A stretch of DNA of 64,000 nt from assembly GCA_964016885.1 (NCBI GenBank), contig OZ024741.1, forward strand, positions 344,038,001 to 344,102,000. Reading direction: 5' to 3'. Of this stretch, positions 31,581 through 44,401 are shown one piece after another; within the stretch, counting starts at the first letter, position 1, and each line of letters opens with the position of its first letter. The notes under the pieces are model-generated. The model saw only the letters and a list, made by a program, of their open reading frames with translations, was not told the origin of the DNA and did not search any database. Position numbers and translations under genes: made by a program. This DNA comes from Eledone cirrhosa. Lineage: Eukaryota.

Positions 31581-31855
31581 TGTCTGTATACGTGTGTGTC
31601 TGAGTGTATATGTATATATATATATATATATTCTCCAGTCACCTCAACAAGGAAGATGAAAAAAACTTACCTCTTAATTTTATATCATGAATTTTTAGCT
31701 TTTAATCCTTCATTAATTCTTTTTAATAAGAATTAAAAGCTAAAAATTCATGATATAAAATTAAGTGGTAAGTTTTTTTCATCTTCCTTGTTGAGGAGAC
31801 TGGAGAATATATATATATATATACATATACACTCAGACACACACGTATACAGACA
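31581..31855. repeat. Long near-perfect palindrome, ~125-bp arms
   Basis: TGTCTGTATACGTG..TTTTAGCTTTTAAT is mirrored by ATTAAAAGCTAAAA..CACGTATACAGACA with few mismatches. Confidence 0.92.
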
Positions 31856-32078
31856 CGTATTACACTTAATTCTTTTTAATTGTAATACCCAACATTTGAT
31901 AAGATGAATTTTAATAATACATCGAAACCGGTAATTATATTTTACATACATTATAAAACTCTTTTTTAAAAGAATTGTCCTTCTATTTTTTTAAATAATG
32001 TCACTTTGACGAATCAAAGAAAGGAAAAGAAAGAAAAACAGATCCTAAAATATATTTTCCGTGCTATTTCCATGTCCA

Positions 32079-32138
<60 letters not shown>

Positions 32139-32145
32139 CCTTTCT

Positions 32146-32185
<40 letters not shown>

Positions 32186-32484
32186 CTTCTGATGAATGAC
32201 CTATCGTCCGACATTTTAAGATACGTTTCCTACCCTATATGAAACTTATTTAGTCTATTTTATTTAGTCAAAAATAGGGCATAACCTTCCAATTCAATTT
32301 TCAAATTCCACTCGCCATTTTCTAAACACGTCCCTATATTTAGAGAGAGTGGAGGGAGTGAGAGCGAGAGAGAGAGAGGGAGAGCGTGTGTGTGTTTAGT
32401 ATATTGGTGTATAATGTTAAGTTACTATTGGTTCACCAGTTTGAGCACTTGATGCCTTAAGAAACATTGTGTTAATAATAGTAA

Positions 32485-32622
32485 TAATTGCTTCTACTTT
32501 TGGCACAAGGCCAGCAATTATTCCAGTACGTTACTGGTACTTTATTTTATAGATGCCGAAATTGATGAAAGGCAAGGTTAACCTCGGCAAGATTTGAACT
32601 CAGACCATAAAGGGCCGTAACT
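32485..32622 (-). mobile_element. 5'-truncated SINE family 1 copy
   Basis: Reverse complement of the tail, core and B-box. Confidence 0.8.
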
Positions 32623-33276
32623 CAATCTCTCTCTATTGGTAAACATTTATAAAATTATAAAATCAGAAGAACATACATACGTATTTGATTTAAACGAGTT
32701 GTTTTCTTGAAAGAAATTTCCACCTTTTGTCGAAGCTTCGCATTCTGCAAACGTTTGCTGATATACTTTGTTTAAGCTTTTTTTTTTCTGCTTCCCTAAT
32801 TAATTTTCTTTTTTAGTTATCTTTCTCTTGCTTATTTGGATTCATTTTTCTTTTTTTTTTTAATATTGAATCCCATTTTGCAATTTTGCTGAGTAAAAAT
32901 GGCGTTTTCTCTAATATACAATATACTCAATTTTATACAAAATACTGTTTTGTCTGAATGCTATCACTATGTGTATTGAACGGTAAATATAAAAAAAAAC
33001 TGATAATAATGTTGGGATGTTACCAGTCCAGTCCTTTATAGGTCCTTATATTTGTGGATAAAAAAACCCACTTTCCAAGTTCATAAAATGAAAGCTTAAG
33101 AGAAACAAAAATATACAACTAGTATCTTCTGTTTATCCTTTGATGAAGGGATTTTATCTCGAAATATAACTACCTATAGAGAACTGCAAGGTAACACCCC
33201 AACATTATTGTTATCATATTTGCAGTCCAATTTACCATCATATTGTGGTAGCTTTCAAATAAAACACTATTTTTTA

Positions 33277-33839
33277 TCATAATATAATAAAGCAAGGAGT
33301 GCGAGACTGTGTCTTGAATATATTTTTTTATCCCGTTAGTAAAATAAGTTGGATTACTTTGAATAAATAATTAATGAATATTACATAATTTATGTACTAA
33401 ATTTCGTAGCTGTTGATTAAACATAAATATTCTTATACATAATGATTGCTTATTTTAAGATTCACTTATTTTAATATTTTCAAATGTCAATACTTCCGGT
33501 TATGATATAACGGGCGCTAAATTATATCGCTTATATAAACGTTCATACATTTGCATTGTTATATCATAACGTTTATATTTCTGTCGCTAATTTTCTCCTT
33601 TTCCGTTTACATTACATTTCACCGTAATTCAGTTTATATATAATATAGTCTTTTTTAAATATATCATGGAATACAGAAGAGAGTGTAACACAGTCTCTCT
33701 TCAATATCTGTGCATATTGTCAATTACGATTTTATTTGACGTATCATATATATACATGCATATATATATTTGTATAATAACAATATGCACACTACACATG
33801 CTAGCAGAAAACCACCCTAAGGGTGTTTTTTTCTGTTAG
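33277..33839 (+). mobile_element. Non-autonomous Helitron
   Basis: A|TCATAATATAATAAAG 5' end; CACCC-TAA-GGGTG hairpin (33813-33825) followed by TTAG|T. The internal TTCAAATGTCAATACTTCCGGTTAT (~33479) is shared with the Helitron at ~61130(-). Confidence 0.65.
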
Positions 33840-34876
33840 TACATATAAAAAAGAGAAAACTCATCGATAGAATATCTGTTAAAACAGCAAAATGCTGTCA
33901 AAGACTGCGATGGGCAAATATGCCTCAGCGGACAGAGACTGTATTTTACACATTGCTTCAAGCAAACAACAGCAAACTATTTTCTATTCTGTTCATTTTT
34001 TAGCGTTGGTGTTTCGCTGCATATTGTTCAGTTACTTATGATCCCTATCAGTTACCTTCGATACTGGCCCAGCTATTGAACAGATCAAACCATTCAGTTT
34101 GTGGAAATTTCGTTTAGTATCATCTGTGGACAGAATATCTTGCAGGATTTTGTTATTTTATATTTATTTATATATTTATTTATTTATATATTTATTTATA
34201 TATTTATTTATTTATTTATTTATTTATTAATCTATTTATACTTATATGATGCTGCTCGTTCGTGTGTATCTTGAGTTGGTGTTTAGATTGATACATGTTC
34301 TCCATTTTGTTATGTTAAAGTATATTGCCTTTATTGTTTCTCTTATGGTTCCCTCAATATTAATTCCGGTTGTTCTAATATTATGTGTATTTTCATTCTC
34401 ATTGTTATTAAATGTGTGGTCAGGCGATCAATAGTGTACTGTTGTTGTGGTTGGGTATTTTATTTGGATGGGATCATCTTAGGGTTTAGATTGTGGTTCA
34501 TTTTCCTTTGTGACTGTTTTTATATGTAGTCATCTTTGTTTTGTTGTTTTCCTATCTTTTATAGAGACTTTACACTAGTTTTATATATGGTGTGTTCTGT
34601 TCTCATACTTCCATTGCTTTGTTGTTTTCTTTCGTTTTCACTGTTAATCATTTTATGACTTGCTCCCTTTCAATATTAGGGACTTGATTATTTTATTATC
34701 AATTTCAGTACATATGATAATGTATTTGCATTGATATTATCTTCCCGTTTACATAATCTTTTCTTCGTATCTGATATCCCTCGCTAATACAGAGCTCGTA
34801 TATGTTAGATATTGTGCTGGGGCGAACTAGAAAGGCAGAAATTCAATATACTGTTAATTGGTCCAACGTTCGCTTG

Positions 34877-34976
<100 letters not shown>

Positions 34977-34977
34977 C

Positions 34978-35040
<63 letters not shown>

Positions 35041-35106
35041 AGTGTGTGTGTGCATGCGTGCGTGTATATGTCTATATATATGTGTATATATACACATATA
35101 TATATA

Positions 35107-35167
<61 letters not shown>

Positions 35168-35543
35168 GTTTTGGAAACCTCAACAATGAAGATGAGTAAA
35201 TATCCAGGTAACGGAATCAGGTGGTAATGAGAGAGAGATGTAAGAGGAAGCGTAGAAAGAGACATAGAGAGCGTAAAGGAACGTAGGAAAAGTGACAAAA
35301 ATAATAACACGAGAGAGAGTTACCTTGGAAGTGATTTAATAGTCCCTATATTTCGGATTTCGCATCCATCACTGGGAGTTTTCTGAGGGGAAAAAGGTTG
35401 CGTCGGAGAAGGGCAACACGTGGCCTACGCTGTTTATCGTGTGCGTTTATCGCGCAGTTCATTAACACTAGAGAGGTTCTTGTGCCTCTGACACAAGTAA
35501 GTGTATATATGTATATACTTCTATATATGTATATATATATATA

Positions 35544-36226
35544 TAATAATTCTAAGGACATGATTTATGATATATTGCTCTGATTATTTAATTTATTAAT
35601 TCTTCATTGAGCCACATCGTGACCGGTTGCCACATATATATCTGTGACTTTATGTATATGTAAATCTTTATATTTAATAATCTCCCGTTGGGTTGAGATG
35701 CAATTGGGTGATATTGGGCTGCGTTTTCTAGCAACCAGCCTACTCGCCGTAAACAACTAATCACATTCTTTCTAACTTGACCACTGCCATGTCACGATTC
35801 TTAGACATTTTTTAAATCTATTTCTGGCGCGTTCCCTTTGGAAAATTAACTGTCCTATTGAGTTTGTCTCCTGATGAGTTCGATACTCGAGATTTATCCT
35901 TAATGATAGGATATCTCAAAATACGAACGAAACCATGGTAGAGATGTAATTACGGTATGTACACGTTTCTTCTAACTTTAAATTTATACCTAATTGTGTA
36001 TGGTTGACGGTATATTTAGTCAGTTTCTACATGCTGTTGAAATGTTGGGTAAATACTCTATTGTGGTCAACCGCGAAGAGGCCGCTTTCGGTTATTTATC
36101 AAATATTTCTTCATAGGAGCCTTTATTCTTATAGCCTGGTCTAATTGATTTTTTATGTGGTTAATTATGCTAATTGGGAGAGGAAATGGTATATATTTTA
36201 TCTAATAATTCTAAGGACATGATTTA

Positions 36227-36234
<8 letters not shown>
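35544..36234 (+). mobile_element. ~690-bp non-coding element with terminal direct repeats and one hammerhead (retrozyme-like or Penelope pLTR-like)
   Basis: TAATAATTCTAAGGACATGATTTATGATATAT at 35544 and 36203; homologous along its length to 43455-44163(-); flanked by (TA)n. Confidence 0.8.
35866..35945 (+). ncRNA. Type I hammerhead ribozyme with extended stem II
   Basis: GUCUC-CUGAUGA-GUUCG[hairpin insert]CGAAC-GAAA-CCAUG-GUA-GAGAU: intact core, palindromic ACCAUGGU stem III, GUA site. Confidence 0.85.
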
Positions 36235-36298
<64 letters not shown>

Positions 36299-37319
36299 TA
36301 TTTTGTGACAGGATCTACTACTTATCTACAAATTGTGTCTCGTTTTAGCAACTCCCAAAACACTTCACCTTCACCGCTGCCTTTCCGATTTCCATATCTT
36401 TCAATGCGTTCCTAATTTTGCCACCTGGTTGTGTTTTATCTTCATCAACAGCATTCATTTCTGATTTCCTTATATTTGTTTTGCTTTAGTATAAATCTTG
36501 ATAAAAATGTTCTACTCTATAAAAGATCTATCATTTAATGTTTCTATCATTTATCGCTTACCCTTCAGTAGATTTCAAAGCAATAATTTGTGATTTCCCT
36601 AAAACAAGATTTCTGTTAGTTCTCTTAATGTTTGTTTCTTTGTTTTTGTATTTGATCTGCATTGCTTGCTCAATTTTGCGCATGTTTACTTTTTGTATCT
36701 CTTCTTTTATCCTATTTTATGTTTTTACTAGTTTATGCATATTCCACCTAACTACTACTTTCCCTTTTCTCACCAGGCACTTCTCTTCGTCAGCATTTTT
36801 CTGGAGCAAATTTACTGAGGCAAATTTTCTTCTATTGGGTCGTCAAGTATGAAATTTGTAGAGTTGTAGTTTTTTTTTCTAGAAATTTCTACAAATTTCA
36901 TACTTGAAGACATAATAAAATGTGTTTCTTTCCTACTAATACTATGAAGACAGAATATCTGATAATGTCAACCATCAATTCACACTATCATTTTACCTTT
37001 TTTTAATTTCCAGTTCACTATTTCAAACTTCAAATGTACTTTGTATTTCAATTTCATATTCATATTTTTTATTGATACTATTTACAAGTGGTTTCATTTT
37101 ATTGACCAATATCATATTAACTTTACCGTTTTCCTTTTACCAGACGATGTTCGCATCCAGTATTAAGCTGTGAAAGAATTGCCTCGATTTTCACTAGTCT
37201 TAGATTATCCCTAATAAATCTCACTCTTTGCTTTTATTTCTCCCTTTGAGCTCTTCTTTGCCCAATTTACGTTCAATTTCTTCGTTAAAAATCTGTTCAT
37301 AAATTTAAATCGAATGAAA

Positions 37320-38400
37320 TCCGTAGCAGCTGGGAAAATGTCTCATCATACTTGTATACAAGAAAGATGACATTACTTATTTTTAAAACTAACGAGCCAT
37401 TAGCTACCTTGTACAAACTATTCACCAATTTACATATAAATGACATCAGTACTGTCTTAGACATCAATCATCTAAGAGGAAAAAAGGTTTAGAAGCGGAT
37501 TTTCAACAAAGGTCTTTTCACAAGTCATCTACCAAGTAATTTAGAAACAAGGAGAATGTAGAGAACTTATTGATTATCAGAATGCCTTCAATAGTGTTGG
37601 GATGCAAGCTTTGATTGAAATTTTATTATTCCGGGAATAGACCAAAATTATATACAAAATATGAATATAGCCGTGGGACGTATTGAAAGAGGTGTAAATC
37701 AAGGGATTATAATATCGCCCATACGTTTTAATGCTTCACAAGCTTCTTTAATAAGAAATAAAACATAAATGATGAATTTTAAATAATTTACACTTTGCTG
37801 ACTATATAGTCCTTGGTGGGACAACAAGTCATATTCAACAGTCATGCAACAAGGAAAGTCATACAACCATATAAAATAAGAAAAAAGAGACATCCGAACT
37901 AAATGGTGTGCCGTTGGTGAATGTAATGCTATGATAGAAATTATGCTTGAAGCGAGGAGTGACTTACCAGTGTATCATGCTAGCAATGGGTTATGGAGCA
38001 GAGACGTGTTTGTTGACTAAAAACATGGAAGAGAAAAACAAAGAAATCTTGAAAGATGCATGATAGGAATCGCTAAAAAGAACAGAAACACATTTCAATG
38101 GATAAGAGAGCTAAGAAAATGTATAGGACATCATAAATTATTAGAGAAAATGCAAGATGGCAAGGCATGCGGTGCAAATAACTGACAAGAGATGGGCAGT
38201 ACTATGTAATGGATGGACACTGAGTGAGGGCAGGTTCAAGTAATCGATAAAAACAAGGGATGAGATAGATAGATGAAATCAATATGTTTATGGGAGTTAT
38301 ATGGGTAGAAGCAGAACAGGATAAGAACAATTTGCGTTAGGCTGGAGAGGACATTGACTGACGCTGCAGTTGAAAGATAATGGCTGAAAATGATGATGTT
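37320..38400 (+). mobile_element. Highly decayed RTE-type LINE (RT and 3' end)
   Basis: Residual peptides IDYQNAFNSV (~37570), ERGVNQGIIISPIRFNA (~37685), YGAET (~37992) and MARHAVQITDKRWA (~38157); TGATGATG tail. Confidence 0.6.
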
Positions 38401-39036
38401 TATTATACAAGTATGTGTGTAAGTGTGTTTGTGTGTGTGTCTACAGATACGTAAGTGTGTATGTGTATGTGTGTGAGCATGTGTATTTGTATGTGTAAAC
38501 GTGTGTGTGTAAATGTGTGTGAATGTTTTGTTTAAATTTATACTGGAATAAAACCAGTTTGATTGTGATCTGTCTGTTTAGGTCCCGTAATTAGCGGATC
38601 GACAAATACCGATCGATAAAATAAGTACCAAACTAAGACTATTCAGATTAATGCGATCAACTTAAATAAAAAATAAAACAAATGCTACAGCATGGTCGCA
38701 GCCAAATTATCGAAACCAGTAAAGGAATTAATGAGTATATAAATCTTTAAATGAAAAATAAAATATATGCATGTGTGTGTGTGTATGTGCGTGTATGTGT
38801 GTGTTTGTGTGTGTGCGTGCGTGTTGTGTGTATGTATGTGTGTGTGTTTGTGTGTGTATGTTCGCGTGCGCGCGTCCAAATATTTATATTCTATTCACTT
38901 TCGAATATAAATATTTACACATACATTCTGCAAATGTTAGAATAAATATTCCACAGACTATCCGTATAGATATATAGATATTTAGATATATATACATGTG
39001 AATGTTCACATATGTGCGGGTCCTAATGTCCACACA

Positions 39037-39097
<61 letters not shown>

Positions 39098-39173
39098 TAT
39101 GTACATATATAATATATTATATATATATATGTAATATATATATAAATATTATATATATATATACATATAATAC

Positions 39174-39246
<73 letters not shown>

Positions 39247-39397
39247 TATATATGTATATATAATATATATATATATATATATATGATATATATATATATA
39301 TAATATATATATAATATATATATATATATATTATATATATATGTATGATATATATATATATAGAATATATATTATACAATGAAATATAAAACATAAG

Positions 39398-39484
39398 ACC
39401 AATGGACTCTAGAAAATAATATCCTGTCCTATATATATTTATTTTAATATATATAACATGATTTATTTTCTAGTGTCCATTGGT
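39398..39484. repeat. Short inverted repeat
   Basis: ACCAATGGACTCTAGAAAATAA / TTATTTTCTAGTGTCCATTGGT. Confidence 0.75.
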
Positions 39485-39916
39485 TTTAGCTATCATATCA
39501 TATACTATTGTTTTATAAAACGAATTCTTTTGCGTTTATAGAGGACTTTGTGAAGTTGCATAGCATGAAAAATGTATTTTGTTTATATATTTTTAATATA
39601 TTTTTCTAATCTACTGTGTTGAAAGTCAATATTGATTGTGTTCTATTGCTAAACTGCTCGGGAACAATATTGTATAAGGTTTCTGAATATTTGATTCTCT
39701 TTCTGTTACCTTCCGTTAGTTTCCGGTGATAATGTGTATACTTCACAGTATAAATATAGGTATACTTCATTATATACATACAGGTATGCCTCACCCAACG
39801 TTGCTAATTGGTCCCAGAGTCGAAAAACGTTGAATGACAAATTACACCCACCCCCCTCCTCCATAACCACCAACAGGCATTCCCTACATTAATTTATGAT
39901 ATATTTTAGCAGTTAT

Positions 39917-39995
39917 TTAACCTCTTCAGTGCCATAGAAAAGATAACGTGTCCTAACATTCCAGTGCCACAGACGAGATATCTCGTCCTAACATG
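39917..39995 (+). mobile_element. Solitary TTAA-type transposon end
   Basis: TTAACCTCTTCAGTGCC start, a ~36-bp internal direct repeat and a GACGAGATATCTCGTC palindrome; no partner end found. Confidence 0.4.
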
Positions 39996-40326
39996 TTTGA
40001 ACTCCTTTACAACAGTTCATGACTTCAAAGTTAGGATGTCGATAAAATAAAGCACCAGTAATCAACTAAGGTCGATTTAATCGACTTTCCCCTCCCCAAA
40101 AATTGCTTACCTTGTGCCTATAGTAGAAAACATTATTATGAGTTCAACAACCTAACCATTGTCACATTCTTCTATTAGTTACTATAAGGCAAATTTCTGT
40201 AAATTAATTTAATGTCTGTGTTAACATTGCTAAAAAACAAAAGCTGTATAACAGATTCCTCAATATTTTCCATTCTTGTTACTTCCTGGTCTTAATTTAT
40301 ATATACCATAGATTTTTCTAATTACT

Positions 40327-40630
40327 GGTACTCCGTCAGTAACGAGGACAAGTGTTCCTATCAACGGAACAACCTGCTCGTGATATTAGCATGTAAGTGA
40401 CTGATCACTACACAGATTAACGTAATTCTCAAAGAGATTCACCATGACACTGAATGTGACAAGGTCGGCCCTTCAAGGTACAGGTACACCTCATTTTTAC
40501 CCTTGGAGTGGAGTGGAAAAACGTGAAATAAAAAGTCTTGCTCAGGGACACAACGTGCCGCTAGGAATCGAACTCACGATCATACGATTGTGAGCCGAAT
40601 GCACTAACCACAAAGCCACACGCCTTCACA
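40327..40630 (-). mobile_element. tRNA-derived SINE family 2
   Basis: Minus strand reads GTGAAGGCGTGTGGCTTTGTGGTTAG (A-box) ..GAGTTCGATTCC (B-box) ..TGTGTCCCTGAGCAAGAC. Confidence 0.75.
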
Positions 40631-41209
40631 TCACAGATTTGTATAAAAGCTTCAATTTCTATTAGAGCTTCATAGTTTTGCTTTCCGCTGATCACGGCAT
40701 CGCACTATATATTTTACCTGGGTGAAGATAGAAACACATTTTTGAGTATGTAGAAAATATATTTAATATATGGTAATTTAATATTTATGAGATGATTTTA
40801 TATCGAAGTGTTCCTTCATTTCAGCAAATCTAAACATAAATTCCTTTCAATTTATTCGATCCATTTCAACCTCAATAAGCCCTTTAATGTGTATATATTT
40901 AGAAATTAAAAAAAACAATTTGGTTCTACCCAACCTTCTCGCTTGTAGTTACAACAAATTTAGGTAATAAATTATTGGCATTCCTATAAAAACACTTCCC
41001 TATAGGACATAAATACAGACCTATCTTTAATAGACACTGAGTGAAACTCGGATATTCCAGTGCTACAAATATGAAAGACCACATCACCACCAGCCCCGCG
41101 AGCTCTCCGCTACCCGTATGCTCTTTCAGAAAGCCTGAATAATGCACTCTTCAACAACCGTGTAACACACCCACTGTCATCTATGAGGCTGTAGTTCCAT
41201 CCACTCGTC

Positions 41210-41272
<63 letters not shown>

Positions 41273-41399
41273 AGAAGCAAAAAATTGCTTATTGTGATCC
41301 AGTTCTTGGTTAAGAAAGCCAGTTTCATGGATGGTTTCAACGTACGGTTAGGGGTAACTCCACAAGTTTGTAAGAATTCCGTTCAATGTTGGAGTATAA

Positions 41400-41712
41400 A
41401 GTATAAAAGAAAAAACACAGGTAAGCATTAAGAGAAAGATTTTATCCGGGTATTTACGACCGTTTCATTGGTAAGTGCAACCTTATATTGCTATACTGCA
41501 AATAGCAGCCACTCAATTATAATTGTTGTTCACAGTCCAAATTTTCAAAATATTTTGAAAATTTTGAAAATTTGGACTGTGAACAACAATTATAATTGAG
41601 TGGCTGCTATTTGCAGTGTAGCAATATAAGGTTGCACTTACCAATGAAACGGTCTTAAATACCTGGATAAAATCCTTCTTATAATGCTTACCTGTGTTTT
41701 CTCTTTTATACT
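41400..41712. repeat. Long near-perfect palindrome, ~150-bp arms
   Basis: AGTATAAAAGA..TCCAAATTTTCAAAAT is mirrored through to TCTTTTATACT with scattered mismatches. Confidence 0.93.
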
Positions 41713-41725
41713 ATATATATATATA

Positions 41726-41885
41726 AAAGTGGTTACACAACAGTTAGTTCACCATACCGAGAACAATTGTTTCATCTTAGCGGATTCTCAGTTGGTAATG
41801 GGCATTACGTCCATTACGAGCTGAGGATCCGCTAAGGTGAAACAATTGTTCTCGCTATGGTGAACTAACTGTTATGTAACCACTT
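41726..41885. repeat. Inverted duplication containing back-to-back hammerhead motifs
   Basis: AAGTGGTTACA..GAGAACAATTGTTTCATCTTAGCGGATTCTCAG mirrors CTGAGGATCCGCTAAGGTGAAACAATTGTTCTC..TGTAACCACTT. Confidence 0.88.
41817..41854 (+). ncRNA. Minimal type I hammerhead motif
   Basis: CGAG-CUGAGGA-UCC(GCUAA)GGU-GAAA-CAAUU-GUU-CUCG: palindromic ACAAUUGU stem III, weak stem II. Confidence 0.7.
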
Positions 41886-42279
41886 CTACCAAATTCGTCC
41901 ACCGGACTGAGTGCTCTACCTCTACGCATATTACCTTCCAGTGTTCTACCACTATATATATATATATATAGGAATATAAATAACAACAACAACAACAACA
42001 CAGGAGTAAAAGTTACAAATGGTATTAGGTTCACGCTTAGTGAGAGTGGAGGATGTGGGTGCGACGTTTCGAGCATAATCCTTTCATCGAGAGAGTGTGT
42101 GCGAACTCCGAGAAGAAAAATGGAGAAAAAGATAAAGCATGAAGTGAAAAATAAAAGTTGTAAAAGGATGTGAGGCGTGTAGGGGTGGTGATACGTGGAG
42201 GAGCGGGGATGCAGGCGAAGAGGGGGAGGAAAAAATAGGTCCGAGCGGGGATATATATATACATACGTATATGTATACA

Positions 42280-42330
<51 letters not shown>

Positions 42331-42423
42331 TATACACATATACATATATATATACATACATATATATATAAATATATATGTGTGTGTGTGTGTGTGTGTA
42401 TGTGTATATATATATATATATGC

Positions 42424-42454
<31 letters not shown>

Positions 42455-42642
42455 TGTAATCTGAGTTTTTCGAATATTAATAATTGTTTCTACTTTAGGC
42501 ACAAGGCCAGCAATTAACCAGTGCATTACTGGTACTTTATTTTATATATTAATAATAACATTCGATTCGTTTGCAATTACGCAAACAAGCCTCATTTTAA
42601 AAGCCATGTCGGTAGAATGAACACTTCATTCTTGCTCTTGTG

Positions 42643-42722
42643 TTGGCATGTGAACAGAACTGCAGACACTAATGTTTCTGGGTATCACCCTTCATCAGTA
42701 CAGCTCACTGTTCACCTGCCAA
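42643..42722 (-). ncRNA. Full-length type I hammerhead ribozyme
   Basis: Minus strand reads UUGGCA-G-GUGAACAG-UG-AGCUGUA-CUGAUGA-A-GGGU(GAU)ACCC-A-GAAA-CA(UUAG)U-GUC-UGCAGUU-CUGUUCAC-A-UGCCAA: intact core, GUC site, ~21-bp stem I with a bulge. Confidence 0.88.
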
Positions 42723-42770
42723 TTGTCAAAGCTAGTGAAAATATATGCTATTTTCTAAAATATACACTGA

Positions 42771-42870
42771 CTGATCGGCCTGATTTGCATATTAGCAGAC
42801 TGGCTGATCAGTCAGATCTGCATATTAGCAGATCCACTGATTAGCCAGATTTACATATCAGCAGACTGGC
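42771..42870. repeat. 33-bp tandem repeat x3 with octamer-like motif
   Basis: Unit CTGATCGGCCTGATTTGCATATTAGCAGACTGG, with variants ATTTGCAT / ATCTGCAT / ATTTACAT. Confidence 0.85.
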
Positions 42871-43053
42871 CAGTCAGCTTCATTATTAATATTCAAAAAC
42901 ACTCAGATTACATTTATTGTATTCAGCCATGTAGAGCGAAATTGTTTTTATATATATGCATATATATATATATGTTTATATATATATATGTACATATATA
43001 TGTATATAAATATCTACATATATATGTACATATATGTATACATATATAGATAC

Positions 43054-43197
<144 letters not shown>

Positions 43198-43216
43198 TCA
43201 TGGATATGTATATATT

Positions 43217-43316
<100 letters not shown>

Positions 43317-43366
43317 TGGAAATGGTGTATATATATTATCAAATGATTCTATGGACATACTTCATA

Positions 43367-43454
<88 letters not shown>

Positions 43455-43460
<6 letters not shown>

Positions 43461-44163
43461 CTATAAAGTATGTCCATAGAATTATTTGATAATATATATA
43501 TACCATTTCCTCTCCCAATTAACATAATCAACCGCACAAAAAAACAATTAAACCAGGCTATAAGATTAAAAGGCACCTATGAAGAAATAGTAGATAAATA
43601 AACGACAGCAATCTATTCGCGATCAACCGCTATAGGATATTTACCCAACATTTCAATAGCACGTGGAAATCGATTAAATATACCGTCAACCATACACAAT
43701 TAGGTATAAAATTAAAGTTAGAAGAAAAAATGCATATACACATACCAGGATTACGTTTCTATCCTTAGGGTTTCGTTCGCTTTCGGAAATATCCTATCAA
43801 GGATAAATTCTCGAGCTTCGAACTCATCAGGAAACAAACTCACTTGGACAAAGATATTTCTTAAATGATCCCCGCAGAAACGAATTCAGAATGGGTAAGA
43901 ACTGTGACGTGGCAGTGGTCAAGTCAGAAAGGATATGATTGGTGGCTTACGGCGAGTGGGCTGGGTGCTAGAAAGCGCAGCCCAATATTGCCCAAATTGC
44001 ATCTCAACCTTAAGGGAGATTATCAAATATAAAGATTTACATATACACAAACTAGACAAAGTCACAGATATATATGTTTTGGCAACAATTCACGATGTGG
44101 CTCAATGATGAATTAATAAATTAAATAATTAGACCAATATACTATAAAGTATGTCAATAGAAT
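43455..44163 (-). mobile_element. Second, diverged copy of the ~690-bp hammerhead element
   Basis: Reverse-complement homology to 35544-36234. It has its own terminal direct repeat AATATACTATAAAGTATGTC(C/A)ATAGAAT at 43455 and 44136, and an inverted copy of its 3' end at 43318-43370. Confidence 0.8.
43755..43835 (-). ncRNA. Type I hammerhead, homolog of 35866-35945
   Basis: Minus strand reads GUUUC-CUGAUGA-GUUCG[...]CGAAC-GAAA-CCCUAAGG-AUA-GAAAC: compensatory changes in stem I and one stem III mismatch. Confidence 0.8.
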
Positions 44164-44401
44164 CATATATACATATATATATATCAATGATATTAATAAA
44201 TGGAAACTATATTTATAAAACCATATTTATACTATTATATATAGTTTAAGGGTACCAAAACTTCGGTACGCTCTCATCAGATAAAATACAAAGTTTCATA
44301 AATATTGACATATCCAGGAATGAGACCGTTAAGTGTGAAAGCAACGATTCTTTGCTTAAACCTTGATCAGTTATTTTAATAAATATATATATATATATAT
44401 A

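Noticed and set aside
33138-33170. TTGATGA-AGGGAT(TTT)ATCTC-GAAA; similar degenerate motifs at 35343-35378(-) and 44225-44285(-)
   Set aside because: Core mutated, and in some cases stem I unpaired or out of register; possibly relics but not supportable.
34056-34123. Possible 68-nt minus-strand exon (DTKRNFHKLNGLICSIAGPVSK) with CAG/GTAACT boundaries
   Set aside because: Short, no recognisable homology, and the next candidate exon hits a stop.
36300-37200. Possible minus-strand LINE remnant (IRNALKDMEIGKAA)
   Set aside because: One weak motif only; extent and clade cannot be established.
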